A DNA stretch of 41,151 nt from Octopus bimaculoides. Its lineage: Eukaryota. The stretch spans positions 79,146,081-79,187,231 of the forward strand of contig NC_068984.1 of assembly GCF_001194135.2 (NCBI RefSeq), in the 5' to 3' direction. Position numbers and translations under genes: made by a program. Positions 12,764 through 24,128 of this stretch are shown piece by piece (within the stretch, counting starts at the first letter, position 1; the number at the start of each line of letters is the position of its first letter). Below the pieces are notes generated by a model. It saw only the letters and a list, made by a program, of their open reading frames with translations. It had not been told where the DNA came from and did no database searches.

Positions 12764-12950
12764 GGGGCTGTGATTGGTCAGTTTGCGTTCTGGCGGGAAC
12801 GGTACGAAGCAGTTGCCGCTTCAAATAATAATCAGTCACGTGATGGATACAGTAGGCTGCTCTCCGCTACGCCCGCGCTTGAATATATTTATAACAGCGA
12901 GAGAAGATGGCTTCTTTGTATATAACGGCGATCGAGGTGTTAGTTTCACT
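12764..12950 (+). promoter_or_regulatory. Candidate Pol II promoter (inverted CCAAT, E-box, TATA-like boxes, Inr-like) in a CpG-rich unique island
   Basis: ATTGG 12773-12777; GTCACGTGA 12835-12843; TATTTATA 12886-12893; TATATAA 12919-12925; TTAGTT/TCACT 12940-12950. CpG is visibly enriched relative to the flanks. Confidence 0.4.
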
Positions 12951-13679
12951 ACATATATATATGAAAGATAGATTAACCATGGGTTCTCCCTCCTCATTCG
13001 CAATGTTCCTGTGGCCACAATACAAAATAGAGTGATGAGACATGAACTTACGATCCACACGAGGCGAATATCACACCGGAAGATGTCGAGCAATTTGAGA
13101 AAGACATAGTAAACCACATCACAGTTTACCTCACTCACCTGACCTGTGGGTAACTTTAACCGGAACCAACTCAAACGCAAGTATTCGGGTCAGCTCTCCG
13201 TTTTTAAGGATCACTTCTTTTCGTCTTCTCTCCAGCCAGTCTGGGGAAGGCCTCGAAATGTGGTCATAGATACTGCCCTTTCTACGCTGACTAAACCGTT
13301 TGGAGAGGAAAAAGCAAAAAAAAAAAAAAGGAGAAAAGAAAAGAGAAAAGAAACGCAGGAAGAAAGATGATCGATATAACAGCGCATTTCTTGTTATAAA
13401 CCAACATGGAAAACCATATCGGTTAATAGCGATTAATTTCTCTGTGAATGAACTCGCTACTCTTCGGTTGACCTTCATCCATTTAGGGATAATTTACTGT
13501 CAAAAAAGATTAACCTCACCATTCTTTCTCCTTTCTTTCTCCTTTCTTTCTCAGTCTTTTTTCTTTTTATGTATTTATCTATTTATATCCTTTAACTTCA
13601 CATTTTTCACAGCGTCTTTCTTTGTTCTTCGTTTGTGCAGATCAGCACAACTTCAACTTCTTCCTTTAGTGTCTTACTT

Positions 13680-13683
13680 TCGT

Positions 13684-13727
<44 letters not shown>

Positions 13728-13880
13728 TCCTTCCTTCCTTCCTTCTTTCTTTCTTTCTTTCTTTCCTTCTTTCCTTCCTTCTTTCTTTCTTTCTTTCTTT
13801 TAACATTTCATCTCTCCCTTCTTTTCTTCTTCTTCTTCTTCTTCTTCTTCTTCTTCTTCTTCTTCTTCTTCTTCTTCTCC
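13680..13880. repeat. (CTTT)n/(CCTT)n followed by (CTT)n microsatellite
   Basis: Direct repetition. Confidence 0.96.
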
Positions 13881-14552
13881 CTCTTGATCCTGTTAGTGTT
13901 GTTGACACTATTGGTTTTCGTCTTCATTAATATGTTTTGGGTCGAGTTTTTTTTTATCATGTGTTTATGCTTTGATTATTTTTCTTCACTCTTTGTTGTT
14001 GTTGTTGTTGATTCATTCTTGTTCGTCTTCGACTTCCTTTTTTCCGTGTTCACATGACCAACATTAGCAACCATCACCATGATGTTGATAATGATGATGA
14101 TGATGATGATGACGACGACGACGACGGTGATGATGATTATGATGGTGCATGTATGTATGTATGTATGCATTTAGATAGATAGATAGATAGATAGATATGT
14201 TTGTATGTAGGAATGTTGTGAAGGATCTCTGTCGGTTTCGACAATGAGTTATTCGATGAGAATAATCTACCTGCCCAATGAATCAGCGTGCATGAGGCTG
14301 ACCGTTGATGCATAAACACGTTTCTCCTTAACATAATCCATCGGCAGATCCAGCGGTAACAATGTGAAAAGGCTATACCATTTGAACTACAGCTGCATTA
14401 CATCTAAGGAGCTTCTATACAGTTTCCAACGATACAATTTCCCTAAGTAAAAGCAGCAGCAAAGTACAAAGAATAGAGAGTTAGAGCAAGGATGACACCC
14501 TGCTTGACACCATTCTCTACAGAATGGGTCCCGCCATGCCACCATGCCATAA

Positions 14553-14583
<31 letters not shown>

Positions 14584-15122
14584 ATGATTTACCATAGAAA
14601 AGAGAAATTGTGTACAGTTGTAGAAATCGGCTACCCAGCGGATGTTAGCATAAAGCTAAGGATCAGCTAAAAAGAAAAAAAAAACTTACGCTGCATTATT
14701 GAGAAATCTGCATTTACTCTATCCAGATTACAAGTTCAGGTTTACACCTGTAATTATTGTGGCACTGGGATATGTAACACACTGCCTGAATACCAATCTT
14801 GAGAAATTAGGCTTCCCAAAATCAGAAAGGAGAAAGCTGATTCGAAGACTAAAGATCCAAGCCATCACTGGAACTGTAAAAATCTGTAAAACTTCCCAGA
14901 AGTTTATCATTTAAGAATATATGATCATGTCTAGACATGCAACTATATGCATGAGAATACGTATAAGAAACGAAACATACAAATCTGCACATATACTTAC
15001 ATTCCTACAAACAAAAATATACAGTTGAGGTTGTTGATATTCCAATGAAGGAGTCATGGATCTACGATAGAAACCGGCTCCTTTTCTATTGACAAGAAAC
15101 CTTGAAATAAAATTAAATAGTG
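14584..15122 (+). mobile_element. 5'-truncated RLE-type non-LTR retrotransposon 3' end (endonuclease C-terminus + 3' UTR), flanked by (ACAT)n on both sides
   Basis: MIYHRKEKLCTVVEIGYPADVSIKLRIS*KE..LRNLHLLYPDYKFRFTPVIIVALGYV..LEKLGF..IQAITGTVKICKTSQKFII* fits the RLE PD..D/E.x.P.D..K..KY..IPVIIGALG..GT..I pattern. AATAAA near 15105. (TACA)n at 14554-14583 and 15123-15212. Confidence 0.88.
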
Positions 15123-15212
15123 ACATACATACATACATACATACATACATACATACATACATACATACATACACACATATATACATGCACACATACTTAC
15201 ATACATACATAC

Positions 15213-15537
15213 TATGCACTAAAAAGTTTATACGAAAATTTAGAAATGCCAGATTTTTCGAAGAAAGAGCAAAAGAAGTTGGCGCGGCTTCTACAAATCC
15301 AGTCTATTAGTGGTACAGTGGAGATTTGTAAGACATTCCGAAAATTCTCCACTTGAGATTCTTTAGATGAATAGATGCACACACGTAAGTGTGTGCATCA
15401 ACAGCTCAACCAACACACCAACTCAACCACATATTTTCAAACATCGGGAACTCTTTTAAGTCAAAACGTTTTGTCGCTTTTTAGTGACTGGCTCGAACTC
15501 TCTCAAGAAGAACTTAAATAAAACTCAAAGAAAAACT
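15213..15537 (+). mobile_element. Second, diverged RLE-type LINE 3' end with a different 3' UTR, in the same (ACAT)n array
   Basis: YALKSLYENLEMPDFSKKEQKKLARLLQIQSISGTVEICKTFRKFST* aligns with LNTNLEKLGFPKSERRKLIRRLKIQAITGTVKICKTSQKFII* of the preceding element. AATAAA 15517-15522; (ACAT)n at 15538-15562. Confidence 0.82.
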
Positions 15538-15562
15538 TACATACATACATATATACATACAT

Positions 15563-16121
<559 letters not shown>

Positions 16122-16234
16122 TATAAGCAAATGAGATAAGAGAAATAACTCAGAGTGTTCATGTCTCCTACTGTTTTTGTACAAGCCTATGTCCCTTGGC
16201 TTCTGGGCATGAGGTTGGACAGTTCTCGTGCTAT

Positions 16235-16325
16235 AATAGGGTCGATTCATACAATCAAAATTCCTCAAGGCAGTGCCCCAGCATGGCCGCAGTCTAATGA
16301 TCGAAGCATGTAGAAGATAAAAGAC
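16235..16325 (+). mobile_element. SINE family B, 3' tail fragment
   Basis: gggtcgattc..caaggcagtgccccagcatggccgcagtctaatga..aagataaaag. Confidence 0.8.
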
Positions 16326-16574
16326 AAAAAATACATACGTACACACACACAAACACACACGCACGGACACACACAAATACATACATACATACATACATAC
16401 ATACATACATACATACATACATGAATACATACATACATGCATGCATGCATACATACATACATACATGCATACATACATACATACATACATACATATACAT
16501 ACATGCATGCATGAATACATATACTTATATATACATCGTTTGAGCCTTCTGCTTTGGTTTGGGAAACCAAGCTT

Positions 16575-16644
16575 AGTCATCACCATCATCATCATCACCA
16601 TCATCACCATCATCATCATCATCATCATCACCATCATCATCACC

Positions 16645-16676
<32 letters not shown>

Positions 16677-17177
16677 CATTATCACTATCGTCATNNNNNN
16701 NNNNNNNNNNNNNNNNNNNNNNNNNNNNNNNNNNNNNNNNNNNNNNNNNNNNNNNNNNNNNNNNNNNNNNNNNNNNNNNNNNNNNNNNNNNNNNNNNNNN
16801 NNNNNNNNNNNNNNNNNNNNNNNNNNNNNNNNNNNNNNNNNNNNNNNNNNNNNNNNNNNNNNNNNNNNNNNNNNNNNNNNNNNNNNNNNNNNNNNNNNNN
16901 NNNNNNNNNNNNNNNNNNNNNNNNNNNNNNNNNNNNNNNNNNNNNNNNNNNNNNNNNNNNNNNNNNNNNNNNNNNNNNNNNNNNNNNNNNNNNNNNNNNN
17001 NNNNNNNNNNNNNNNNNNNNNNNNNNNNNNNNNNNNNNNNNNNNNNNNNNNNNNNNNNNNNNNCATCATCATCATCATCATCATCATCACCATCATCATC
17101 ACCATCATCATCATCATCATCACCATCATCATCACCATCATCATCATCATCATCATCATCATCACCATCATCATCAC

Positions 17178-17210
<33 letters not shown>
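16575..17210. repeat. (CAT)n/(CAC) microsatellite spanning an N-gap
   Basis: Direct repetition. Confidence 0.96.
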
Positions 17211-17585
17211 TATCCTCGTTATCGCCATTCTCACGAGCATCATCATCATACTACCAGTTCTGATATTGCCTTAATGATTCTTAATGTTAACATCACGATA
17301 ATCATTTTCATCGTCAGTACTAACATCATCACGATTATCATCATCATCATCATCATCACCATCACCATCATCATAAAACATGGTCATCATCGTTATCATC
17401 GTTATCCTCACCACGTTCATGCAGCACCATTTCCTTTTCATGCAACAACGTGCTTTGTATATCATTGTTCTAACTTCCTGATATTGGTGCGATATTCCTT
17501 ATCTAAATGTTCCTTTTACTCATATCACACGTGCAACACCATACTCTAGAAAAGCTCCTATCAGTCAGCATGTTCCAGTACGCAT

Positions 17586-17624
<39 letters not shown>

Positions 17625-17641
17625 TAGACATATAAAAGTAG

Positions 17642-17700
<59 letters not shown>

Positions 17701-17803
17701 CATTAAATTGGTTAACAGATTTCCTCGCTGTTTGCTCAGCCAAACTATACAGTGGAGAAATACTACGTTCGCTTTATACGAAGATACATGAATAAACATG
17801 TGC

Positions 17804-17840
<37 letters not shown>

Positions 17841-19435
17841 CAGACGCATACATATATGCACATATACATACATAATTATATGTGTGTGTGCATAGATACA
17901 TGAACTGTTAGTGTATGTATATGCATATTCATATGTATGAAACTACATATATTAGCTTATATGCATATATGTATGCATGAGAAGTATATGGGAGTACATG
18001 CACATACATGTGCATTACATAAATAAATCTGCATGCATATATACAGACGCATACATATATGTATATATATATGTATATANNNNNNNNNNNNNNNNNNNNN
18101 NNNNNNNNNNNNNNNNNNNNNNNNNNNNNNNNNNNNNNNNNNNNNNNNNNNNNNNNNNNNNNNNNNNNNNNNNNNNNNNNNNNNNNNNNNNNNNNNNNNN
18201 NNNNNNNNNNNNNNNNNNNNNNNNNNNNNNNNNNNNNNNNNNNNNNNNNNNNNNNNNNNNNNNNNNNNNNNNNNNNNNNNNNNNNNNNNNNNNNNNNNNN
18301 NNNNNNNNNNNNNNNNNNNNNNNNNNNNNNNNNNNNNNNNNNNNNNNNNNNNNNNNNNNNNNNNNNNNNNNNNNNNNNNNNNNNNNNNNNNNNNNNNNNN
18401 NNNNNNNNNNNNNNNNNNNNNNNNNNNNNNNNNNNNNNNNNNNNNNNNNNNNNNNNNNNNNNNNNNNNNNNNNNNNNNNNNNNNNNNNNNTATATATATG
18501 AACATTAAATTGGTTAACAGATTTCCTCGCTGTTTGCTCAGCCAAACTATACAGTGGAGAAATACTACGTTCGCTTTATACGAAGATACATGAATAAACA
18601 TGTGCATATATATATATGCATATGTATGTGTGCGTGTGTGTGTATGCATTTCTATTTATTTTTGAACATCATTAATTATTCGTGTGGTTATATATGTGTA
18701 TCTAAATATCTGTCCGTGTATGCGACTGTATTTGTATATATTCGAATGTGCATGTGTGTAAATATGTGCACAAATTTCAAATGTACATAAATAATATTCC
18801 CTTATTTCATTTCGTTTCATATTTATTCCCATAATTGTTTTATCTCACCAAAAACTGTAACTTATATTTGCACATATGCACGTATGCATATTTGCACAGT
18901 CTTTTCCTTCCTGTTGCATCTAGTTGACATGTGACATATACCTATTTACAATTGCTAGAACTTCTGTTGCTATCCCTAATTCATTCATAGCAACAGTTAT
19001 TTTTACTGCATCTTCCAACTTATAACAGGAAATTTTCGTTGTTGTTCCTCTTATTCTTGATGTTGTTATTGTTGTTGTTGCTACTTCTGCTATTGTTGTT
19101 ATTGATTTATTATGCTTCCTTCCAAGGATCGTGTTACATGAGTTCAAATTCTCTCAATTCTGCATCTATCTTATCGATCCCAGGATGCCTACGATTGCAA
19201 TGTGCCTCTTGCGGAAAATCGAAACCACAGGATTAATTATCGTTACCCTTCTGAATCCAGACCTTCTTTTCTTATCTGACATGAATATCAAATGATTGCA
19301 GTCTCTGGTCTAAGGCTGAATAATAGAACAGCTTCAGGTTGCTTTCTTTCTGATTAGTAAAGGTTGTTAAGTTCAATACTGTAATTTGGAAAAATGTTTA
19401 GAGAATTAACTGTTCATTATTACAAAGAAAGAGAA

Positions 19436-19655
19436 AGGCGCCGAGTTGGCAGAAACGTTAGCATGCAGGGCGAAATGTCCAGCGGTATTTCATCTGCCGC
19501 AACGTTCTGAGTTCAAATTCCATCGAGGTCAACTTTGCCTTTCATCCTTTTGGGGTCTATAAATTAAGTACTAGTTGCGTACTGAGGTCGATCTAATCGA
19601 CTAGCTCCCTTTCCAAAAATTTCGGGCTTTGTGTCTAGAGTAGAAAAGATTATTA
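19436..19655 (+). mobile_element. SINE family A, full length
   Basis: A box tggcagaaacgttag; B box gagttcaaattcc; core gcctttcatcc; tail agagtagaaaagattatt. Confidence 0.95.
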
Positions 19656-19665
19656 AAAGGAAAAA

Positions 19666-19862
19666 GAAGTGGGTGAGCTGGTAGAAACGTTAGCATGCCG
19701 GCCGAAATGCTTAGCGATATTTCGTTTGTCTGCACATTCTGAGTTCAAATTTCGCCGAGGTCGACTTTGCCTTTCATCCTTTTAAGGTCTATAAATTAAG
19801 TACTAGCTGCGTACTGAGGTCGATCTAATCGACTAGCCCCCTCCTCAAAAATTTCGGGCACA
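19666..19862 (+). mobile_element. SINE family A, near full length, in tandem with the previous copy
   Basis: Same motifs as the previous copy. Confidence 0.95.
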
Positions 19863-19874
19863 AGACCAACAATA

Positions 19875-20062
19875 TTAGTGGTAGGAGACAAGTCGAGGAC
19901 ATCGACATCAATCATCACCGGGTACTTATTTTATCGACTCCTAATGGTGGGGGGTGGGGAGCAAAGTCCTCCTCAGCAGAATTTAAATTTAGAACGTAAA
20001 GACGAACAAAATGCCACTAAGCATTTTGTCCGGCGTGCTGACGATTCTGCCAGCTCATCACC
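19875..20062 (-). mobile_element. SINE family A, diverged
   Basis: Reverse-complement head gattctgccagctc..cc and agaacgtaaagac. Confidence 0.85.
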
Positions 20063-20129
20063 CTCAAAATAACAATATTAATAACAAATTAATTTTTAAC
20101 CAAGACACAAGAATTACTCGTTTCTAGAG

Positions 20130-20205
20130 AGCGGATGAGTCGATTAAATATGACAAAACGGGAAAGGCAAATCCGACCTCGATGGAAATTGAAGTTGAAA
20201 CATCA
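20130..20205 (-). mobile_element. SINE family A, internal fragment
   Basis: gatgagtcgatta..aaaggcaaatccgacctcgatggaaattgaa. Confidence 0.6.
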
Positions 20206-20278
20206 AGAGAAGCAAGTAAACACCACAATATTTCTTTGTCCTTTGTATTAAGAAAAAGCAAGGCATAAAGGTTTCAAA

Positions 20279-20478
20279 TATCACAAGGGCAGCAATTTGG
20301 GGGAGGAGATGAGTCGATTACATCGACTCCAGTCGTCAACTGGTACTTAATTTATCGACCCCGAAAGGATGAAAGATAAACTGGAGCTCGGCGGAATTCG
20401 AACTCAGAACGGAGCGACAGGTGAAATATTGCCAAGCATTTCGTCCAGCGCGCTAATGACTCTGCCAGCTCGCCGCCT
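20279..20478 (-). mobile_element. SINE family A, full length
   Basis: Reverse complement of the A-box/B-box head and core. Confidence 0.93.
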
Positions 20479-21267
20479 TAGAACAGAAAAAAAAGCAAAA
20501 CATAATGAAATATATCTAGGGAGAATTCGAGAGGAGAGTAAGAGGGATGGTATAGACAGGAGTGGTTTACACAGATGTATAAAGAGAAACAGACAGCGAG
20601 TGGTATAAAGTGGTTTGCAGTGGTAATGGAAGAGTAGGAGAAACAGATAGGGGAATAAAATGGTTTGTGTGGGTGATGAGAGAGATAGAGAAAAAAGAGC
20701 TGGAGTAAGTTCCACATGTAACGACACACACCACGAACTATAAGATGCTCTCGGGTTTGAGCAGTTACTCGACCTGTCAAAAACAGGAGCACAGCATAAT
20801 CTCTCTCTAATCCTGTCTTATTGTCTTAAGCAAAAGAAACCCGAAGGCTACATTGTGTAATGGATGCCTAGATGCAATGTTCGAAAACGAAAGATGGGAT
20901 AGTCTTGTTTTTGAGCATCGATCTGTTTTATCAGATCTGTTCTGCAGCTGATAGTAACATCATAACAACAACAGCAGCAGTAACAACAACAACAACAACA
21001 ACAAAAGCAGTTGCTATAAGGACTATCACAGATACGCTGTCTCAAAAGGAAAAAAAAAACAACAAAAACAAATAGGATTGCTTATGTCTGCTATACTTTT
21101 GATCATCGCAAATCTGCTTTATCATCGCTGACATGGGCGGAAAGCACAGCACAAAACACCTCAACGTTAGAATAGAGAAACTTTTGATACAAAAACGTCT
21201 GAGATCGCTTCAGATCTTAGGAGACAAAACTTCTTAATGGGTTCTTTTTTTCTTTTCATTGCATTTT

Positions 21268-21670
21268 TTTTTTACTTGTTTCAATCAATCGCTACACTGT
21301 GGCCATGCTGGGGCACTGCATTGAAGAATTTTGGGTCAATAAATCGACCCCAGTACTTATTTTTTCTTAAGCCTGATACTTATTCTATGAGTCCCTCTTT
21401 TGCCGAACCGCTAATTTATGAGGACGTAAACAAACCAACACCGGTTGTCAAGCGGTGCTAGTGGCGGGGGACGAACACAGGCACAAAGACATGCACACAC
21501 ACACACACATACGACAGACTTCTCTCAGTTTCCGTCTGCCAAATTCACTCACAAGGTTTAGTCGGTTCGAGGCTATAGGAGAAAACACTTGACCAAGGGA
21601 CCGTACACTGGGATTGTACCCGTAACCACGTGGTTGGAAAGCATGCTTCTTACCACTCAGCCACGCCTGT
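21268..21670 (-). mobile_element. SINE family B, full length (about 400 bp, internal CA repeat)
   Basis: The reverse complement has head caggcgtggctgagtggtaagaagc, B-box-like gggtacaatccc, central gtcaagtgttttct..gccttgtgagtgaatttggcagacggaaactg, and the family B tail. Confidence 0.93.
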
Positions 21671-21759
21671 GTCTATAGCCACGCCTTCGGTTATTCATTA
21701 TCTATTATCAAATAAAAGCTTCCATATTAAATTAGGTTCGAAATTCCAGTTTAATAATT

Positions 21760-21995
21760 CTTATCTACTCTAAGCACAAGGCCCAAAATTTTGAGGGAGA
21801 GGGCCAATCGATTAGATCGACCCCAGTACGCAACTGGTACTTAATTTATCGACCCCAACAGGATGAAAGGCAAAGTCGACATCGGCGGAATTTGAATTCA
21901 GAACGTAAAGACAAACAAAATACTGCTAAGCATTTCGCCCGGCGTGCTAACGTTTCTGCCAGCTCGCCGCCTTTTTTCTGCCAACTCGCTGCCTT
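21760..21995 (-). mobile_element. SINE family A with 17-bp TSD and a short duplication of its 5' end
   Basis: TSD attccagtttaataatt (21743-21759) / attccagattaataatt (21996-22012). Confidence 0.95.
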
Positions 21996-22094
21996 ATTCC
22001 AGATTAATAATTATGTCTAATTTAGGAACATGGTCATCAATGCCATGAATAGCATGTATTACATGCATGATCAACCGAACGGGCTTTCACATTG

Positions 22095-22225
22095 TCTACG
22101 TCTACCTAGTTCCACTCACAAGGCTTGGGTCGACCAGAAATTATGATAAAAGACATTTGCCCAAGACATGATCGAACCGGAGACCCTGTGACTGCGAAGC
22201 GAATTTCCTGACCATTCAACCATAC
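22095..22225 (-). mobile_element. SINE family B, 5' portion, diverged
   Basis: ccactcacaaggcttgggtcgacc..aagacatttgcccaag..gaaccggagacc. Confidence 0.75.
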
Positions 22226-22350
22226 TAAATGCATATATTGCAATCCTCTCCTTTCATGGTCCTTAATACACCCTCCTCTGACTACCTCGAAGATTTTATG
22301 GATACCCTGGTGGATCATTGGTCGAGAGTGATCTTAACATTCAGACATTA

Positions 22351-22569
22351 CGAGGGGGTGCTGAAAAGTTCCTGGTTTTAAGGGTTATCACCAAAGGCTT
22401 GATTGGAGGCCCAACATTCCGAGTTCTTTTACAGGACTTAGAAAAGCTGAAGGACTGCTGCCATAAGTGTATGAACTGGAGAGGGTAATATGTTGAATAA
22501 AATCATAATTAAACTGATCCTCTCATATTTTCTTTTACCAAAAGCCAGAAACTTTTCAACAGCCACTCG
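22351..22569 (+). mobile_element. Mariner-derived MITE (internally deleted) with TIRs and TA TSD
   Basis: TA|cgagggggtgctgaaaagttcctgg ... ccagaaacttttcaacagccactcg|TA. The interior retains a transposase C-terminus-like EFFYRT*KS..CHKCMNWRG*YVE*. Confidence 0.88.
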
Positions 22570-22651
22570 TAAAACTTAAATAACAATTGGGGGCTGTTTT
22601 TGTCTTGACGGAAGATTTTGCTTTACTACAACGTTCGCAATTGCTTCCGAA

Positions 22652-22869
22652 GGCGGCAAACTGGCAGAAACGTTAGCACACCGGGCGAAATGCTTACTAG
22701 TATTTCGTCTATCTTTACGTTCTGAGTTCAAATTCTACCGAGATTGACTTCGCCTTTCATCCTTTCGGGGTCGATAAATTAAGTACCAGTTGCGTACTGG
22801 AGTCGATCTAATCGACTGGCCCCCTTCCCCCCAAATTTCAAGCCTTATGCTTAGAGTAGAAAAGATTAT
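22652..22869 (+). mobile_element. SINE family A, full length
   Basis: A box tggcagaaacg; B box gagttcaaattc; core and tail present. Confidence 0.96.
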
Positions 22870-23164
22870 ACAATATGCAGATGATGATGATATGTGAATA
22901 TTGACAAACGTTGTGTATATTGACAAACATGCATAATTATTATATTATTTAGTAGAATAAAAATGAGCGTTATTTTTTAATACAAATGCCATGTTCTTAG
23001 AGATAGAAGCATAATGATATTAATATTAAAGACTAATGGAATATGCATAAGAGAAAAACATTATGCTCTAATGGAAATAGAACAAGAGGAGAGAACGGTG
23101 ACTAAAAGGAGGAGAAAAAAGAAAAAGAAATGCAGAGACTATGAAAGAGAGAGAGAGAGAGAAT

Positions 23165-23197
<33 letters not shown>

Positions 23198-23713
23198 GGA
23201 GACGCAAAGTAAAGACAGAAATAGTGAAATGTGCATAAAAAAGAGATGTAAGCGATAAATTGATAGGATATAAAAAGAAGCAAAATTGCGAAGTCAACCA
23301 ACCAAAGAAATGAAAGAATTGCAGCTAATGTGGGTGGAGTAATATACTTTGCTTGAATATGATTGGTCCAAACAAGATATTGTCGGAATCATTTAAGGTT
23401 TGACTTCAGACACTGAGTGACCCCCGCCTCTCTCTCACACACGCACACACATAAAGACTTGGAATTTTCAGAATACTTTCTGATATCTTGTTAGGTATGT
23501 TTATGCTCTAGGTTCAAATCTCAGAGAAATATTTTGCCATTCATCCTCGCAGAGCCGAAATTTTAAATATTCAGGTGAATGGAATTGACTCTGAAAAAAC
23601 TTGCGAAATGTACCTGTTATATGGATACTGAGCCTGCTGAAAATAACAGCCAAACCACTTTCAGTTCACAGTGTACCATATTAAATAAAGAAAAGATATG
23701 AGGAGGGATAGAA

Positions 23714-23915
23714 AGGCGGCGAGCAGGCAGAATCGCTAGCACGTCGGACGAATAAACTTAGCGCCATTTCTTCTTACTCTTTACGTTCTGAGTTAGTTCA
23801 AATTCCGCCGCGGTCGACTTTACCTTTCATCTTTTTGGGGTCAATACATAAGGTACCAATAAAGTACTGGGCTCAATGTAATCAACTTATCCCCTCCCTT
23901 TAAAATTACTGACCT
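23714..23915 (+). mobile_element. SINE family A
   Basis: ggcggcgagcaggcagaatcg..gttcaaattccgccgcggtcgactttacctttcatc. Confidence 0.92.
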
Positions 23916-24128
23916 TAACCCCTGTAATGAACTGACATCCTACTCAGTGAGAATGTGGTGATCGCGGCCACTTATACGCCAAGGAAACCGGGTAACCGAC
24001 CTAAGGAGTCTTAGGAGTCAAGAAAAATAAAGAAAAAAGAAATTATAAGTCATGGATACAGATATTCTATGTCTGACAACGAGGAGGAATGGTTATGTCT
24101 TGCAGGCCTTTATTTGTAAGGTCTACAT

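Noticed and set aside
13027-13050. Antizyme-style +1 frameshift at GAG-TGA
   Set aside because: The +1 frame reaches TGA at 13043-13045 after three codons, and there is no antizyme similarity.
13032-13142. Box C/D snoRNA (GTGATGA ... CTGA)
   Set aside because: Weak terminal stem, no convincing C'/D' boxes, and no rRNA or snRNA complement that I recognise; a snoscan/Rfam search could revisit it.
16535-16578. KLGFPNQSRRLKR resembling the RLE family A peptide
   Set aside because: Too short to distinguish from chance.
21133-21237. 34-aa ORF MGGKHS... with a myristoylation-like start
   Set aside because: Short, with no convincing splice or promoter context; expected by chance.
22652-22740. tRNA genes at A-box/B-box motifs
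   Set aside because: These are SINE heads: they continue into shared SINE bodies, several have TSDs, and no cloverleaf is evident.
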